The notes under the pieces: generated by a model | The model's input: the letters and a program-made list of their open reading frames with translations, nothing else | What the model was told of the DNA's origin: nothing | Databases searched by the model: none | In this document: positions 1 to 10,412 of the stretch, in pieces | Layout of the letters: the number at the start of each line of letters is the position of its first letter | Position numbering within the stretch: the first letter of the stretch is position 1 | Source of the DNA: an uncultured Gemmatimonadales bacterium | GTDB taxonomy: Bacteria; Gemmatimonadota; Gemmatimonadetes; Gemmatimonadales; GWC2-71-9 | Direction of reading: 5' to 3' | Length of the DNA: 64,000 bases | NCBI GenBank assembly: GCA_963842945.1 | Contig: CAWJIM010000023.1 | Coordinates: 128,001 to 192,000 of the forward strand | Program-made: the position numbers and the translations under genes

Positions 1-409
1 ATGAGGTCGCGGCGAAGATGGTGGCCGAGGCCGCTGGCGCGACGCGGCCCGGGTGTATCGGCGCTCGGCCGAGTTCCGTGCGATGGAGGATTCCATCGGG
101 TACCAGTGCCTGACCAGCGCCGCGGCCCTGGCCTACGCCTCCGGCGACCGTTCGGCGGCCCGGAGCGACATGGCCCATGCAGCCGAGCGGGCCCTCGCGC
201 GGGGCGATCTCCGGGCAGCGGCGCTCTCGTATCTCGATGCGGCCTGGATCGCGCAGGAGCAGCAGAAGCCGAATCAGGTGTGGGAGTTCGGCCATCGGGC
301 CGAGATTCTGGCGGCGTCGCCGCTCCTCAGCCAGTCGGATCGCGGCGCGATTCTCCAGCGGATCGAGCGGGCGCCGGGGGCAGGGCAGCAGCTAGTCATC
401 GGGCGGTAA
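1..409 (+). CDS. Hypothetical helical (TPR-like) protein, 5' part outside the window; paralog of 1502..2044
   Basis: Shares YRRSAEFRA.ED.IG.QCLT and GDRSAARSDMAHAAERALARGD with the 1502..2044 product. Confidence 0.75.
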
Positions 410-458
410 GCGGGTGGGCGGAAGCGGAACGACGGAGGGATGGGAAGGCGTTGTAGGT

Positions 459-514
459 TGTCGCCCTGAGCGAAGCGAAGGGGCCGAAACTCTTTATCGA
501 GTCCGGCCCCTTCG
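459..514. repeat. REP-like palindromic element (TGTCGCCCTGAGCGAAGCGAAGGGGCC ... GGCCCCTTCG)
   Basis: 459-485 is a 26/27 inverted match to 2672-2698; local partner arm at 505-514. Confidence 0.8.
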
Positions 515-556
515 TCTAGCACCGCTACCGACGTTCCGTCGTTCCGTCGTTCCGTC

Positions 557-1154
557 CTACTGCCACTTGTCCTTGTGCTTCTCGGGATCCTGGCCATAGT
601 GATGGCCGTTGTTTCCCTTCGAGTCCTTGTCGTCGTCCTTCCGCTTATCATCGTCTTTCCGCTTGTCCTCGCCCTTCCACTTATCGTCATCTTCCGATCG
701 CTTGTCGTCATTACGCTTTGTCCCACCGGTCGTGGTCCCTGCGGTCGTCGTCGTCCCGCCACCGGTCATCACGCCCCCAGTGACGGCTGCGGTCCCGCTT
801 CCACTGACCATCGTCGATGTAGTAGCGGCCACCGCGCTCGTACACCACCACCTTCTGAAGCGCCCGGCGATCGAACGGCCGGCGATAGAAGCGGCTGCCG
901 TCGTAGTACACCGTGATCACCCGATACTGGGAGTGCTTCCACCAGCCGTAGCGGCGGCCGTGGACCCGCTCGACCACCACGACTTCACGCTGGGGGACGA
1001 TGACGGTGGTCGACGTCACCCGACGGGTTTCGGTGACGGGATTCGGCTGGGGACGGTTCAGAACATCCGCGGCCCGTTGGACCGTGGTCTGGGCTCGCAC
1101 GGGCGCTGCGATCGCGATCAGCGCGATCAACGCCACCGCACTCCTGCACTGCAT
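557..1154 (-). CDS. Secreted protein with Asp/Lys/Arg-rich low-complexity tail (one frameshift near 715)
   Basis: Signal peptide ending VRA-Q; core EVVVVER...YRVITVYYDGSRFYRRPF...VYERGGRYYI shared with 27669..28124; tail GNNGHHYGQ lies in the shifted frame. Confidence 0.7.
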
Positions 1155-1190
1155 GACGGCCTCCGGGAAGTGGGAAATGGCCGTCTACTA

Positions 1191-1222
1191 TGCGAAGGCT
1201 ATGCCACTGCGTAACCGCTTAG
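1191..1222 (-). promoter_or_regulatory. Sigma-54 (-24/-12) promoter with adjacent IHF-like site
   Basis: Minus strand reads TGGCATAGCCTTCGCA (GG-N10-GC) preceded by TAAGCGGTTA; same layout upstream of the paralog at 28161-28191. Confidence 0.65.
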
Positions 1223-1285
1223 ATCACAATGGTGCAAGAAGATGCACGGGTGGATGGGCAGAGGGTCGGAGGGACGGATAAGAGA

Positions 1286-1322
1286 GAAACACCTCATCCC
1301 GAGCGCAGCGAGGGATCTACTC
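1286..1322. repeat. REP-like element copy (GAAACACCTCATCCCGAGCGCAGCGAGGGATCTACTC)
   Basis: Identical 37-nt copy at 2068-2104. Confidence 0.85.
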
Positions 1323-1501
1323 GGGAAAGGTCTGAAACCATTGACCTCGACTCCTCGGTCGAGTGTCGATGTACATGGATGAAGTCCTTCGGCGTCTCCA
1401 ATCACAACGCACCTGGCCAGGGCAGAAGTTTCCACCGCTCCTTATCTCACGTGATATCGCACGAGATGCGATCACGACCCTCTTGCCCGAGGAGGTGCCC
1501 G

Positions 1502-2044
1502 ATGAACGCCACGCTTACCCGTCATACTTCTACCGCCATGGTTCTGCTGGCAACTGTCGGCCTGCCGGCTGCCGCCTCCGCGCAGTACCGTCTGCCCACC
1601 ATCGTGAGCGCGAATAAGGCTGACAGTCTGCATGATTCGGCCGTCCGGTTCGCCCAGACCGGCCGATGGGAGGAGGCAGCGCGTCTCTATCGCCGCTCAG
1701 CGGAGTTCCGCGCAGTGGAGGATCCCATCGGGCTCCAGTGCCTGACGGATGCCGCGGCAGTGGCCTATGCTGCCGGTGACCGTTCCGCCGCGCGGAGCGA
1801 CATGGCTCATGCGGCCGAGCGTGCCCTCGCACGAGGAGATATCAAGTCAGCGGCAATGGCGTATCTCGATGCGGCCTGGATCGCCCAGGAACAGAAGAAG
1901 CCGGATCAGGTCTGGAACCTGGGCCACCGTGCCGAGATACTGGCGGACTCACCGCTCCTGAGTGAGACCGAGCGCGGGGCGATCCAGCGACGGATCGAGC
2001 GAGTGCCGGGCGGAACGCGGTTGGTGATTGGAAAGGGAGCGTAA
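1502..2044 (+). CDS. Secreted hypothetical helical (TPR-like) protein
   Basis: GGAGGT RBS, signal peptide ending ASA-Q, intact ORF, tandem paralog at the window start. Confidence 0.8.
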   Translation: MNATLTRHTSTAMVLLATVGLPAAASAQYRLPTIVSANKADSLHDSAVRFAQTGRWEEAARLYRRSAEFRAVEDPIGLQCLTDAAAVAYAAGDRSAARSDMAHAAERALARGDIKSAAMAYLDAAWIAQEQKKPDQVWNLGHRAEILADSPLLSETERGAIQRRIERVPGGTRLVIGKGA

Positions 2045-2067
2045 GCGGGGACGCGGGAAACGGGAAG

Positions 2068-2168
2068 GAAACACCTCATCCCGAGCGCAGCGAGGGATCT
2101 ACTCCGTAAGGATCTGAAACTCTGGAGTAGATCCCTCAATCGCTGCGCTCTTTCGGGAGGAGGTGTTC
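2068..2168. repeat. REP doublet (REPIN-like hairpin)
   Basis: 37-nt REP at 2068-2104 and a degenerate inverted arm GAGTAGATCCCTC..CGCTGCGCTC..CGGGAGGAGGTGTT at about 2125-2168. Confidence 0.8.
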
Positions 2169-2218
2169 TTATTTCCGGCCGCCCGTCCGGCCGTCCAGCT
2201 GTCCGCCTTAGCGCCTTA

Positions 2219-2589
2219 CTAGTTCGGACGTCCAGGAGAGTGAAGTCGCAGGAGGTAGAGGAACCAGCCAGGAAGGTTCCACCATCGGGGCCGTACTCGA
2301 CCGTCGTATTCCATCGTATTGTGCTTTTTATAATCGCGCCAGGCGGCATACCATTCCACCCGTTCGGCCTCCCGGACGGCGCGTCGAGCGGCATGGGCCG
2401 CCTGCTGAGCCAACTCAGCATCGAGTCGATCCCGCCACATGCGAAGCTGGGGGTGTTCGTCTGCCTCCAAGGCACCTCGTGAGCTGGGGACGTCAGGAAG
2501 GATGGTGATACTGTGAACATACGGCTATTTAGCTCGACCAGGGAGGCCGCGTTCCTATAGTGCGAGAATTCTTCAAGGTATTGCCTCAC
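2219..2589 (-). CDS. Small hypothetical protein between REP elements (probable frameshift near 2475)
   Basis: ORF 2219..2470 with protein-like composition plus an upstream segment VRQYLEEFSHY...; no recognisable family. Confidence 0.35.
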
Positions 2590-2611
2590 GATGACGAAGG
2601 TAGAAGCAGCA

Positions 2612-2698
2612 CCGCATCCCGAGCGAAACGAGGGAGCCAGAACTCGAAAGTTTGACAACCCCCCGGCGTCTGGCCCCTTCGCTTCGCTCAGGGTGACA
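2612..2698. repeat. REP doublet
   Basis: CATCCCGAGCGAAACGAGGGAGCCAGA arm and GGCCCCTTCGCTTCGCTCAGGGTGACA arm. Confidence 0.8.
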
Positions 2699-2739
2699 AA
2701 ATTCCGTCTTACCGCCTTACCGGCAAGTCGATCCAGCTC

Positions 2740-5011
2740 CTATTCGACCACCGGATCGTCAGCGGCTCGCCTCGCGTCCGCGATGGTCTCGTCGTTCACG
2801 TCCTTTCCCGTCCCATAGTTGATCTGCTGGTTCGGGCTCTTCCCCACGCCGAGCACCATGACGATGCGGCTGCCCGCCCGGCAGAGATGGCTCGCGAGGC
2901 GGATGCTCTGGAGGTCGAAGATCTCGCGCTTGCCCGGCGTGAGCAGCCGGCGCCGGCTGACGTCGGCCACATAGCTGGCGCGCGACTGATAGGGCGGCAG
3001 CTGCAGATAGGTCCCGTCAGGCCTCTGCTCGTAGATCGAGATTCCGAAGTCGAAGTCGCGCTTATTGGTGACCAGCTCGAGATGGCTCTTGAACAGACCG
3101 CTGATCTCGGTGGCGGTGGGAGCGGGTCACTCACGTACACCAGCGAATTCAAGGTGTCGATCGCGGTGTCCTGCACGCCACCGCCCGCCACGATCAGCGC
3201 GCTGTCGGATCGGTCGCGGAGGTCCACGGTGAGCGTCGCCGAGGAGTCGCGAGTGGCGCGCTCGGAGGTGAGACGGTAGGTCGAGTCGCTTCGCTCGGCG
3301 CTTAGATAGAAGCGGAGCGTGGCGTTCGCCATCGCATTGACCGAAGGCGCGTGCTTCCAGCGGTTGGCCCCGATCACCTCGTAGTTGATCCGGTCGGCCA
3401 GGAGCCTCGGCTTTGGCCCACCCTTCATGATCCAGTCGAACCAGGGGTAGCTCAGCTCGGCGATGATGTCGATCCGGGCGACCGGGTCGATCTCGTAGCC
3501 GCTGATGGTGGTCGTGGTGTCAGCCAGGGCGCTCACCACGCCGCGCTGGGCATCGAAGTGGCCGTACGGGCCGATCACCAGGTAGTCCCGGCGCCTGAGG
3601 GTTGTAGCGGTAGTGCTGGGTGAGGTAGTGCATCGCGGCGCCGGGCCCGCCGAAGTAGTAGCCCGCGGTCTGCAGCACCGGGATCTTGATCCGGGCGAAC
3701 TCTTCCTTATACGGGATCATCGCCTGCCAGTACTGCGTCGTAGGACGGGTGCGCGATCCATTGGTGCCAGACCGGATTGGGCGTGCCGTCGATCTTGTCC
3801 AGATCGCGATAGGCTCGGCCGTCGGCGTACCAGCGGTTGTAGAGCCGCTGCCAGCGGTCCTGGTCGTTGTAGGTGCTGTCGTCCAGCCACTTGTTGTCGG
3901 TGGTGTAGAAGGGCCAGGGGTAGACGAAGTTCCAGACGATGTTGCCCTCCATCGGCACGTCGAGCCGGGCGCGACCGGCGCCCCGACCATGATCGCCTTG
4001 AGCGCCGGCGGCGCCCGCTTGGCCGCGGCCCAGGGCGACATCCCCGAGTAGCTGCCGCCGTACATCCCGACCTGGCCGTCGCTCCAGGGCTGCCGCGCGA
4101 TCCAGTCGATCAGCGCCACCGCGTCGGCGCCGTCGTGCACGTAGGGGACCGGCTGGTCCGGGCTGCAGGCCTTGCCGCGGGTGAAGCCCATGACCGCGGC
4201 GTAGCCGTTGAGGCGTTCCGCCGCGAGGTCGAACAGGAGCGTCGTGGTGTCGGCGTAGATGGTGAACTGGAGCAGGGCGGGGAGCCGGGCGGGACCGTGC
4301 GCGGACGCCAGACCATGGCGCAGACGGTGGCGCCGTCCGGGGTCTTCACCTGGATGTTGGACTGCATCGCGTAGCGGCGCCCGTCGTCCTCGCGGATCAG
4401 CGGAGCGGCGAGCGCGCCGAGCTCGGCGTAAGTCCCGCGATCTGCACGCCGCGGAGCCAGGCGACTGCATCGGCCAGGGCGACGGTGGTATCGCGTGCAC
4501 CCTTCCCTGCCGGGCCCAGGGCGTCTCCGGCGCCGGCGGGTGGAGCCAGGTGCGCGATGACCAGTGCCGCGGTGCGGTCGTCCAGCCGGGCGAACCGCTC
4601 GCGGAAGGCGCGGGCAGAAGGCGTCGGCGAACGGGGCCGCAGAGTCGGCCTGGAGCTGCTTGGCCCGGAGATAGATCTCGAACTGTGAGTTGAGCGCGCG
4701 GCCCGCGGGTGTGGTGTCGCCTCGACCCGCCTGGGCCGTTGCGGAATTCGGCCAGGGTCGCGCGGGCCTCGGCGAGATGGCCGCGCCAGCAGCTGGAGCC
4801 GGAACAGGTTGTCGAGCTGAGTCAGCTGGTTGCTGTCCCGGTAGACGGCGGCAGCCTCGGTCGCCAGCCGTGCGACTGCGGCGGAACGGGTCGTCGTGTC
4901 GGTAATGGCGGCAGCGGGGAAGGACAGCGCCTGGGCCTCCATTCGACACGGCACGAGAAGCGCCAGGAGCAGAGCGAACGACGGGAATCGAGACGAGATG
5001 GATTTGGTCAT
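2740..5011 (-). CDS. CocE/NonD family serine hydrolase (peptidase S15-like), secreted; several frameshifts
   Basis: WIARQPWSDGQVGMYGGSYSG nucleophile motif, IGPYGHF, C-terminal PepX_C-like region, N-terminal signal peptide. Confidence 0.85.
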
Positions 5012-5132
5012 GTGGCTTGGACACCGCAGCTGGGCCAAGAGATGCTCGCCTTCATACTCGTGCCGTCCGTTCCCCGTCCCGCCGGTTTTGTGAAGGAGAG
5101 TCAACCTGCTGATTTACACCACCTTACTCCTG

Positions 5133-5174
5133 GTGATTCCGGGGTGATTCGCACGTGAGAGTCGGGCCTATACT
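5133..5174 (+). promoter_or_regulatory. Promoter with three GTGA direct repeats at 11-bp phase upstream of a TATACT -10 box
   Basis: GTGA at 5133, 5144 and 5155; TATACT at 5169-5174. Confidence 0.5.
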
Positions 5175-5236
5175 CGGCACGTGTTGACGTGGTCCCGAAC
5201 TCATTCGCAGGGACGATGGTCCCTCAGGAGAAGAAA

Positions 5237-6214
5237 ATGCCGGCTCAATCCAATCAGTCCCCGACGCCCCGGTCATGCCGTTCGACGCTCTTCCCGCTGG
5301 TCGTGCTCTTCTCTCTGGGACTCGCCGCCTGCGACAGCGCGGAGAATCCGCTTGCGCCCAGCGACAACTCCGCGCCGGATCTAGCTCTGGCAGGTACGGC
5401 CCAGCGGATCCTGTTCAGCACGAACCGCAAGGGCACGTACGATCTGTTCAGGATGGATCCGCTGGGGAATAACATGGCGCGGGTCACCAGCTTCTCAACC
5501 TACGAGGGAGAGCCCGCCTGGTCCTACGACAACAAACAGATAGCAATGATTCGCCCGCGGCTGGATGCCTCGAACGTCGAACACTCAGACATCTATCTGA
5601 TGAATGCGGACGGCACCAACAAGCACTGGGCCCGGCCTTTACCGTCAGGCTTCAACATCCGCCATCCTTCCTGGTCCCCGGATGGAACGCGCCTGGCGGT
5701 GGAGCTCAGTCTCGGAGGTCAACCGTACTTAGCCAGGCTGACGGTTGCCACTGGCGATTTAACGTTTGTCATGCTGGGCGGGAACCCAGTGAGGGGGGCC
5801 TACCCATCATACGATCCGACCGGCCAGTTGCTCGTCTTTGTCACCGCGGATGGTAAGGAAATCGATGAGATCCGCCCAGACGGGAATACCGCCTACCTGT
5901 ACGTTTCGTCCGACGTATTCCTGAGCAGTCCGAAGATCTCGCCGGATGGATCCCGGATCGCTTATGTCAAGGTGCTCGGTAGCAACAGCGACATCTATGT
6001 GTATTACGCCAACATCGGCCAAACCAAGCGGCTCACGACCAATTCCGCTGCCGATTACGATCCGACCTGGTCTCCCGATGGGTCCAAGCTCGCGTTCGTG
6101 AGCCAACGCTCAGGAAAATCTCAGATCTATACCATGAATGCCGCCACTGGCGGGAGCGTAACCCGGATCACCCACACCACAGCGGACGAGAAGAACCCAG
6201 CCTGGTCCCACTGA
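5237..6214 (+). CDS. TolB-like PD40 beta-propeller lipoprotein
   Basis: Lipobox LAAC; repeated PAWSYD/PSWSPDG/PTWSPDG motifs; AGGAG RBS. Confidence 0.9.
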   Translation: MPAQSNQSPTPRSCRSTLFPLVVLFSLGLAACDSAENPLAPSDNSAPDLALAGTAQRILFSTNRKGTYDLFRMDPLGNNMARVTSFSTYEGEPAWSYDNKQIAMIRPRLDASNVEHSDIYLMNADGTNKHWARPLPSGFNIRHPSWSPDGTRLAVELSLGGQPYLARLTVATGDLTFVMLGGNPVRGAYPSYDPTGQLLVFVTADGKEIDEIRPDGNTAYLYVSSDVFLSSPKISPDGSRIAYVKVLGSNSDIYVYYANIGQTKRLTTNSAADYDPTWSPDGSKLAFVSQRSGKSQIYTMNAATGGSVTRITHTTADEKNPAWSH

Positions 6215-6232
6215 AGGGGCAGTGCCGAAGTT

Positions 6233-6263
6233 GGGCGGGCCCCGGCTCGCAGCCGGGGCCGCC
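6233..6263 (+). terminator. GC-rich hairpin after the PD40 gene
   Basis: GGCCCCGGCT-CGC-AGCCGGGGCC inverted repeat; weak U tract. Confidence 0.5.
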
Positions 6264-6485
6264 AACTGTTCCGCAATCAGACCAGTGCCGCCAAAGTCTC
6301 CCGAAGACGAATCAGCGAACTCAGCAACAGTCCCGATAGCGAAGGCCGCAATAGATGCCCTTGACCAGAACGGCGCACGACGACAATCCGCTGAGGAGGC
6401 GGGATTGTTAGCGGCCTTCGAGTTCCAGGGGCGCCGAGCTGCCTTCCACGTTGCTTGAGGTGGCTTCTCAGGGAGTTTGCGGTAA

Positions 6486-8458
6486 CTAATTCACAGGCGG
6501 CAGATGAGACGCGACCACATAATCCCCTTTGCCGAACACATCCCCGCCTCCGACCGCGATCGCCACGAGTTGCTCACCCGAAGCCACGCGATAGCTCATC
6601 GGCGTGGCCTTGCCACTGGCCGGTAACGGTCCCCGCCAGAGCTCGCGCCCGGTCTCCAGATCGTAGGCATGGAGTGTCCGGTCCAGCGCCGCCCCGATGA
6701 ACACCAGGCCGCCCGCCGTGATGATCGGTCCGCCCAGGTTGGGCGAGCCCCAGCCGGCCGGAATTCGCGCAGCCTGGGCACTGTCGGCCAGGCCGAGCGG
6801 TAAGCCGAGCGGGACCTCCCAGAGTTGCTTCCCGGTCTTGAGGTCGATGGCCACCAGAGTGCCGAATGGCGGCGGGGTGCAGGGCACGCCTCCGGGACTG
6901 AGCAGGATCCGCCGCCGCATGACATAGGGCGTCCCCAGCATCTCGTTGTACTCGTACTTCCGCTTGAGCCGCATGTCCTCCGCCTTCGCGCCCGCCTCGT
7001 GGTAGCGCTCCCGCGGAATCAACTGCACCACCGCGGCGACCCGGTTCACTGGGACCACGGCGATCTGGCGCACCGGATCGACCGCGACACCGCCCCAGTG
7101 CGCCCCGCCGATGTTGGACGGCAGCACCAGCGTCCCTCGCACGCTCGGGGGAGTGAAGATCCCCTCGTTCCGGAGACTGTCGATCGCGGCATGGCAGGCG
7201 GCCCGCTCGGCGTCGTTCACTCCCCAGACTTGATCCAGCGTCAGACGGTGGGAGCTGAGCGGAGGCGTGAGCGCGGTGAACGGCTGGGTGGGAGACGCCC
7301 GCTCGCCCGGGATGTCGCTGGCCGGAACCGGTCGCTCTTCGCACCGGAAAGACCGGCTTCCCCGTCTCCCGGTCCAGCACGAAGAGCATCCCGGTCTTGC
7401 TGGCCTGGAGCACGACATCGCGCTGCTTGCCCTCGTAATTGAGTGACGTCAGGAGCGGCGGGCTGGCGTTGTCGTAGTCCCAGAGATCGTGGTGCACGGT
7501 CTGAAACGACCACACTACCTTCCCCGTCGAAGCCGTGAGGGCCGTGATGGAGTTGGCGTAGCGGTTGTCGCCCAACCGCATCGCGCCGTAGTAGTCCGGC
7601 GCCGGGCTCCCGGTCGGAATGAACACGAGGTCGCGCTCGGGATCGCCGGACAGCACCGACCAGGCGTTGGCGCCGCCGGTGTTTCGGCCCAGCTTCCCGC
7701 CCCAGGTGCCATAGGCCGAGTCGCCGGGCTGCTGAGGAATCGGATCCCAGCTCCAGCGGAGCGCACCGGTCCGGGCATCGTAGGCCCGCACCTCGCCGCT
7801 GGCCGGCGCGGGGCGGCTGTTGTCGTCGATGGACGACCCCGTGACGACCAGGCCGTTCATCACCAGCGGCGGCGAAGTCATGGTGTACGCCTGCTGCTCG
7901 AAGGGAGGAATCCGAAGCCCGCGCCTGAGATCGACCATGCCGCCGGAGCCGAACCCACTGCAGGGTTTGCCGGTGCGGCCATCCAGCGCCCAGAGCTGCG
8001 ATTGCGCATTGGCGATGAAGATCCGCCGCCGGCACGCCGCACCTTCCGCGGCCTTGTCATCGAGCCAGGCCGACACGCCCCGGCTGGCGAAGTCGCCGTA
8101 TCTCACGTCCCGTTTAATCTTGGGATCGAAGATCCAACGCTCCCGCCCAGTCGCGGCATCCAGCGCGATCACCCGCCCCAGCGGCGTTCCGATGTACATA
8201 ACCCCGTCGATCACCAACGGGGTGGTCTCGAACGAGGTCAGCTTTTTCGTGGCGAAGCGGGACTCGGTCTCGCCGGTGCGGTAGGTCCAGGCGACCTCGA
8301 GCCGGCTGACGTTGTCTCGGGTGATCTCATCCGCCGGTAAGATAGCGGGTTCCCTGGAGATCGCGACCGTACGCCGGCCAGTCGACCGCCTGGGCTGCCG
8401 CCGTCCCGGCGAGCATGGTGCCTGCGAAGGCCTGGAGCAAACATCCGCGCAGCATCAT
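6486..8458 (-). CDS. PQQ-dependent dehydrogenase (glucose/quinate family), frameshifted
   Basis: Signal peptide, DWPAYGRD..GTRY, FETTPLVIDG, WSFQTVHHDLWDYD, CTPPPFG, GGPIITAGGLVF. Confidence 0.9.
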
Positions 8459-8467
8459 CCGTCCTCG

Positions 8468-9298
8468 CTAGGGCGCGGACGCGTATTCGTCGTGCCGGCG
8501 GAACCAGATGTTGGTCTCGTTGCGCCCCTTGGGTGCCCGGTCGAGCCACTGGTACATCCCCCAGAGGGCGTCCAGTCCGCGCGCGAAGCTGGAGTAGGTG
8601 TGATAGACCGCGCCGTTCTCCAGCGCGAACGCGCTCATGCCCGGCCGCTCCCGGGTGTAGGTGGCCACGTCGGTGCCGGTCCTGGCCGCCATCCATTCGA
8701 CTGTCCCCTCACCCTCGTCCGACGTCCACTCCTGACCTTTCTTGCCCACCAGCGTATCCCGCATCGGCTGCTCGCGGCGGTAGTTGTATTCGATCTGACC
8801 CTCGAGCTGTTCCTGCTCGCTGAACCCCACGCTGAAGTCGTGGTTGAAGTCGCTGCCGAAGGAGGAGGCCCAGGGGAAGGTCCAGCCCATCCTCTTCTTG
8901 TAGGCGTCGAGCTTGGCGTATGGTGCCCGGGAGACGGCCCAGAGCATGACGTCGTGGTTGGCCAGGTGGACGGCGAAGCCGTTGAATCCGTCGGCGATGG
9001 CGGAGCAGGCGGGACAGCCGGCGGTGTAGTCCGGGCCGAACATGAAGTGATAGATCAGGATCTGGGAGCGGCCGCGGAAGAGGTCGGGGAGAGACGCGCT
9101 GCCCTCGGCGGTGTCGAAGCGGTACTGCTTGTCGATCGGGACCCAGGGCAGCTCCATCCGGCGGCGGGTCACCTCGTCGCCTTGACGAGTCAGCTCCTTT
9201 TCGGCCTCGAGCAGCTCCAGCCGGGCGGCCCGCCACTGCTCACGGGTTCCGGTTGGGTGGCTGATGGTGGTCTTCGGGTCTTTGGTGAGGTTGGCCAT
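8468..9298 (-). CDS. DUF899 thioredoxin-like protein
   Basis: REQWRAARLELLEAEKELTR, YHFMFGPDYTAGCPACS, WLDRAPKGRNE. Confidence 0.9.
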   Translation of the reverse strand: MANLTKDPKTTISHPTGTREQWRAARLELLEAEKELTRQGDEVTRRRMELPWVPIDKQYRFDTAEGSASLPDLFRGRSQILIYHFMFGPDYTAGCPACSAIADGFNGFAVHLANHDVMLWAVSRAPYAKLDAYKKRMGWTFPWASSFGSDFNHDFSVGFSEQEQLEGQIEYNYRREQPMRDTLVGKKGQEWTSDEGEGTVEWMAARTGTDVATYTRERPGMSAFALENGAVYHTYSSFARGLDALWGMYQWLDRAPKGRNETNIWFRRHDEYASAP

Positions 9299-9397
9299 GG
9301 TTTTTCTCCTGAGTGTCTGTCGCCAGTCGTGCGGGCTGGCGCTTGGCAACTGCCGACTGGCGGCTGCCTATTGTGTTCGGCCTGCGAGCTGACAACA

Positions 9398-9415
9398 TTC
9401 TACCGTATGGTTGAA
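9398..9415. promoter_or_regulatory. Palindromic operator overlapping the ArsR start codon
   Basis: TTCTACC-GTAT-GGTTGAA near-perfect inverted repeat spanning the ATG at 9407. Confidence 0.6.
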
Positions 9416-9805
9416 CGTTTGTCTACCCGGGCCCCGGAGCGGCGGCGGCTGGATCGGGTCTATGGGGCGATCGCGGATCCGACCCGCCGAGCCATGCTCG
9501 GGATCCTGGCGGGCGGCGAGGTCAATGTCGGAATGCTGGCCCAGCGGTTTCCCATCTCGTTCAACGGCGTCTCGAAGCACGTGAAGGTGCTGGAGCAGGC
9601 CGGCCTGGTGCGGCGGAGCGTGCGGGGGCGGGAGCACTGGCTCACGCTCCGCCCTGCCCCGCTCCGGGACGCGAGCCGCTGGCTGGAGCACTACCGGGAG
9701 TTCTGGGAGAACCGGCTCGAGGCGCTGGAGGACTTTCTGCTGCAGCAGAAGGACGATCCCAATGTCAAAGGCCGGCGGGGCCGCGGCAGGACGGGAAAAG
9801 GATGA
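9407..9805 (+). CDS. ArsR/SmtB family transcriptional regulator
   Basis: AIADPTRRAML...VSKHVKVLEQAGLV winged HTH; FWENRLEALE tail. Confidence 0.9.
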   Translation: MVERLSTRAPERRRLDRVYGAIADPTRRAMLGILAGGEVNVGMLAQRFPISFNGVSKHVKVLEQAGLVRRSVRGREHWLTLRPAPLRDASRWLEHYREFWENRLEALEDFLLQQKDDPNVKGRRGRGRTGKG

Positions 9806-10227
9806 GCGGCAGCGAATCGGGCGAGACCCTGGTGGTGCGGCGGTTCATCCCGGCGCCGAGGGAGCGGGTGTTTGCCGCCTGGCTGGATCCGGCAAGTCTG
9901 GCGCAGTGGATGCGGCCGGGAGGGATGACCGATGCCACGGCGGAGGTCGATCCTAAGGTCGGTGGCAAGTTCCGGATCGTTATGATCGAGGGGCCGAAGC
10001 AGTACGAGCACACGGGAGAGTATCTCGCGATCGAGCCGGCGGAGCGGCTCGAGTTCACCTGGATCTCCGAGGCCACCGATCACCGGCCGACGGTGGTCAC
10101 GATCGAGTTTCTGGAGCGGGATGGGGGGACGGAACTCGTCCTGACCCACCGGCGGCTGCCGCCCAAGCAGGTGGGGTCGCATCGCAGGGGTTGGACCGAG
10201 GTCCTCCAGCTCCTGGACCAAGGATAG
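9802..10227 (+). CDS. SRPBCC/AHSA1 domain protein
   Basis: RRFIPAPRERVFAAWLDP...HRRGW; ATGA overlap with ArsR. Confidence 0.9.
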   Translation: MSGSESGETLVVRRFIPAPRERVFAAWLDPASLAQWMRPGGMTDATAEVDPKVGGKFRIVMIEGPKQYEHTGEYLAIEPAERLEFTWISEATDHRPTVVTIEFLERDGGTELVLTHRRLPPKQVGSHRRGWTEVLQLLDQG

Positions 10228-10412
10228 AAAGACGCGTCACGGCAGCACCGAACGCAGACCCAGGTTGATCATGCTGCCCTCCAACAGTGCCCAAGCGTCA
10301 AGTGTCCACCGTCCGCCCGGACCAGGCTCCGGCCGAACCAGCGGCTGGCCTTGTGAGCTCTGGAACTGGACCGTACCTTCGAGAAACGTGCAGCCTTCCT
10401 CGAGGAGGCATC

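Noticed and set aside
459..2698. Repeats as a CRISPR array or integron attC sites
   Set aside because: Spacing is irregular and gene-sized, orientations are mixed, there is no cas or intI gene, and no consistent RYYYAAC/GTTRRRY ends.
5237..6214. Naming this gene tolB
   Set aside because: It has only the PD40 propeller with a lipobox, no TolB N-domain and no tol-pal context.
6270..6460. Possible small minus-strand ORF after the PQQ dehydrogenase
   Set aside because: No clear start, RBS or recognisable motif; cannot be supported.
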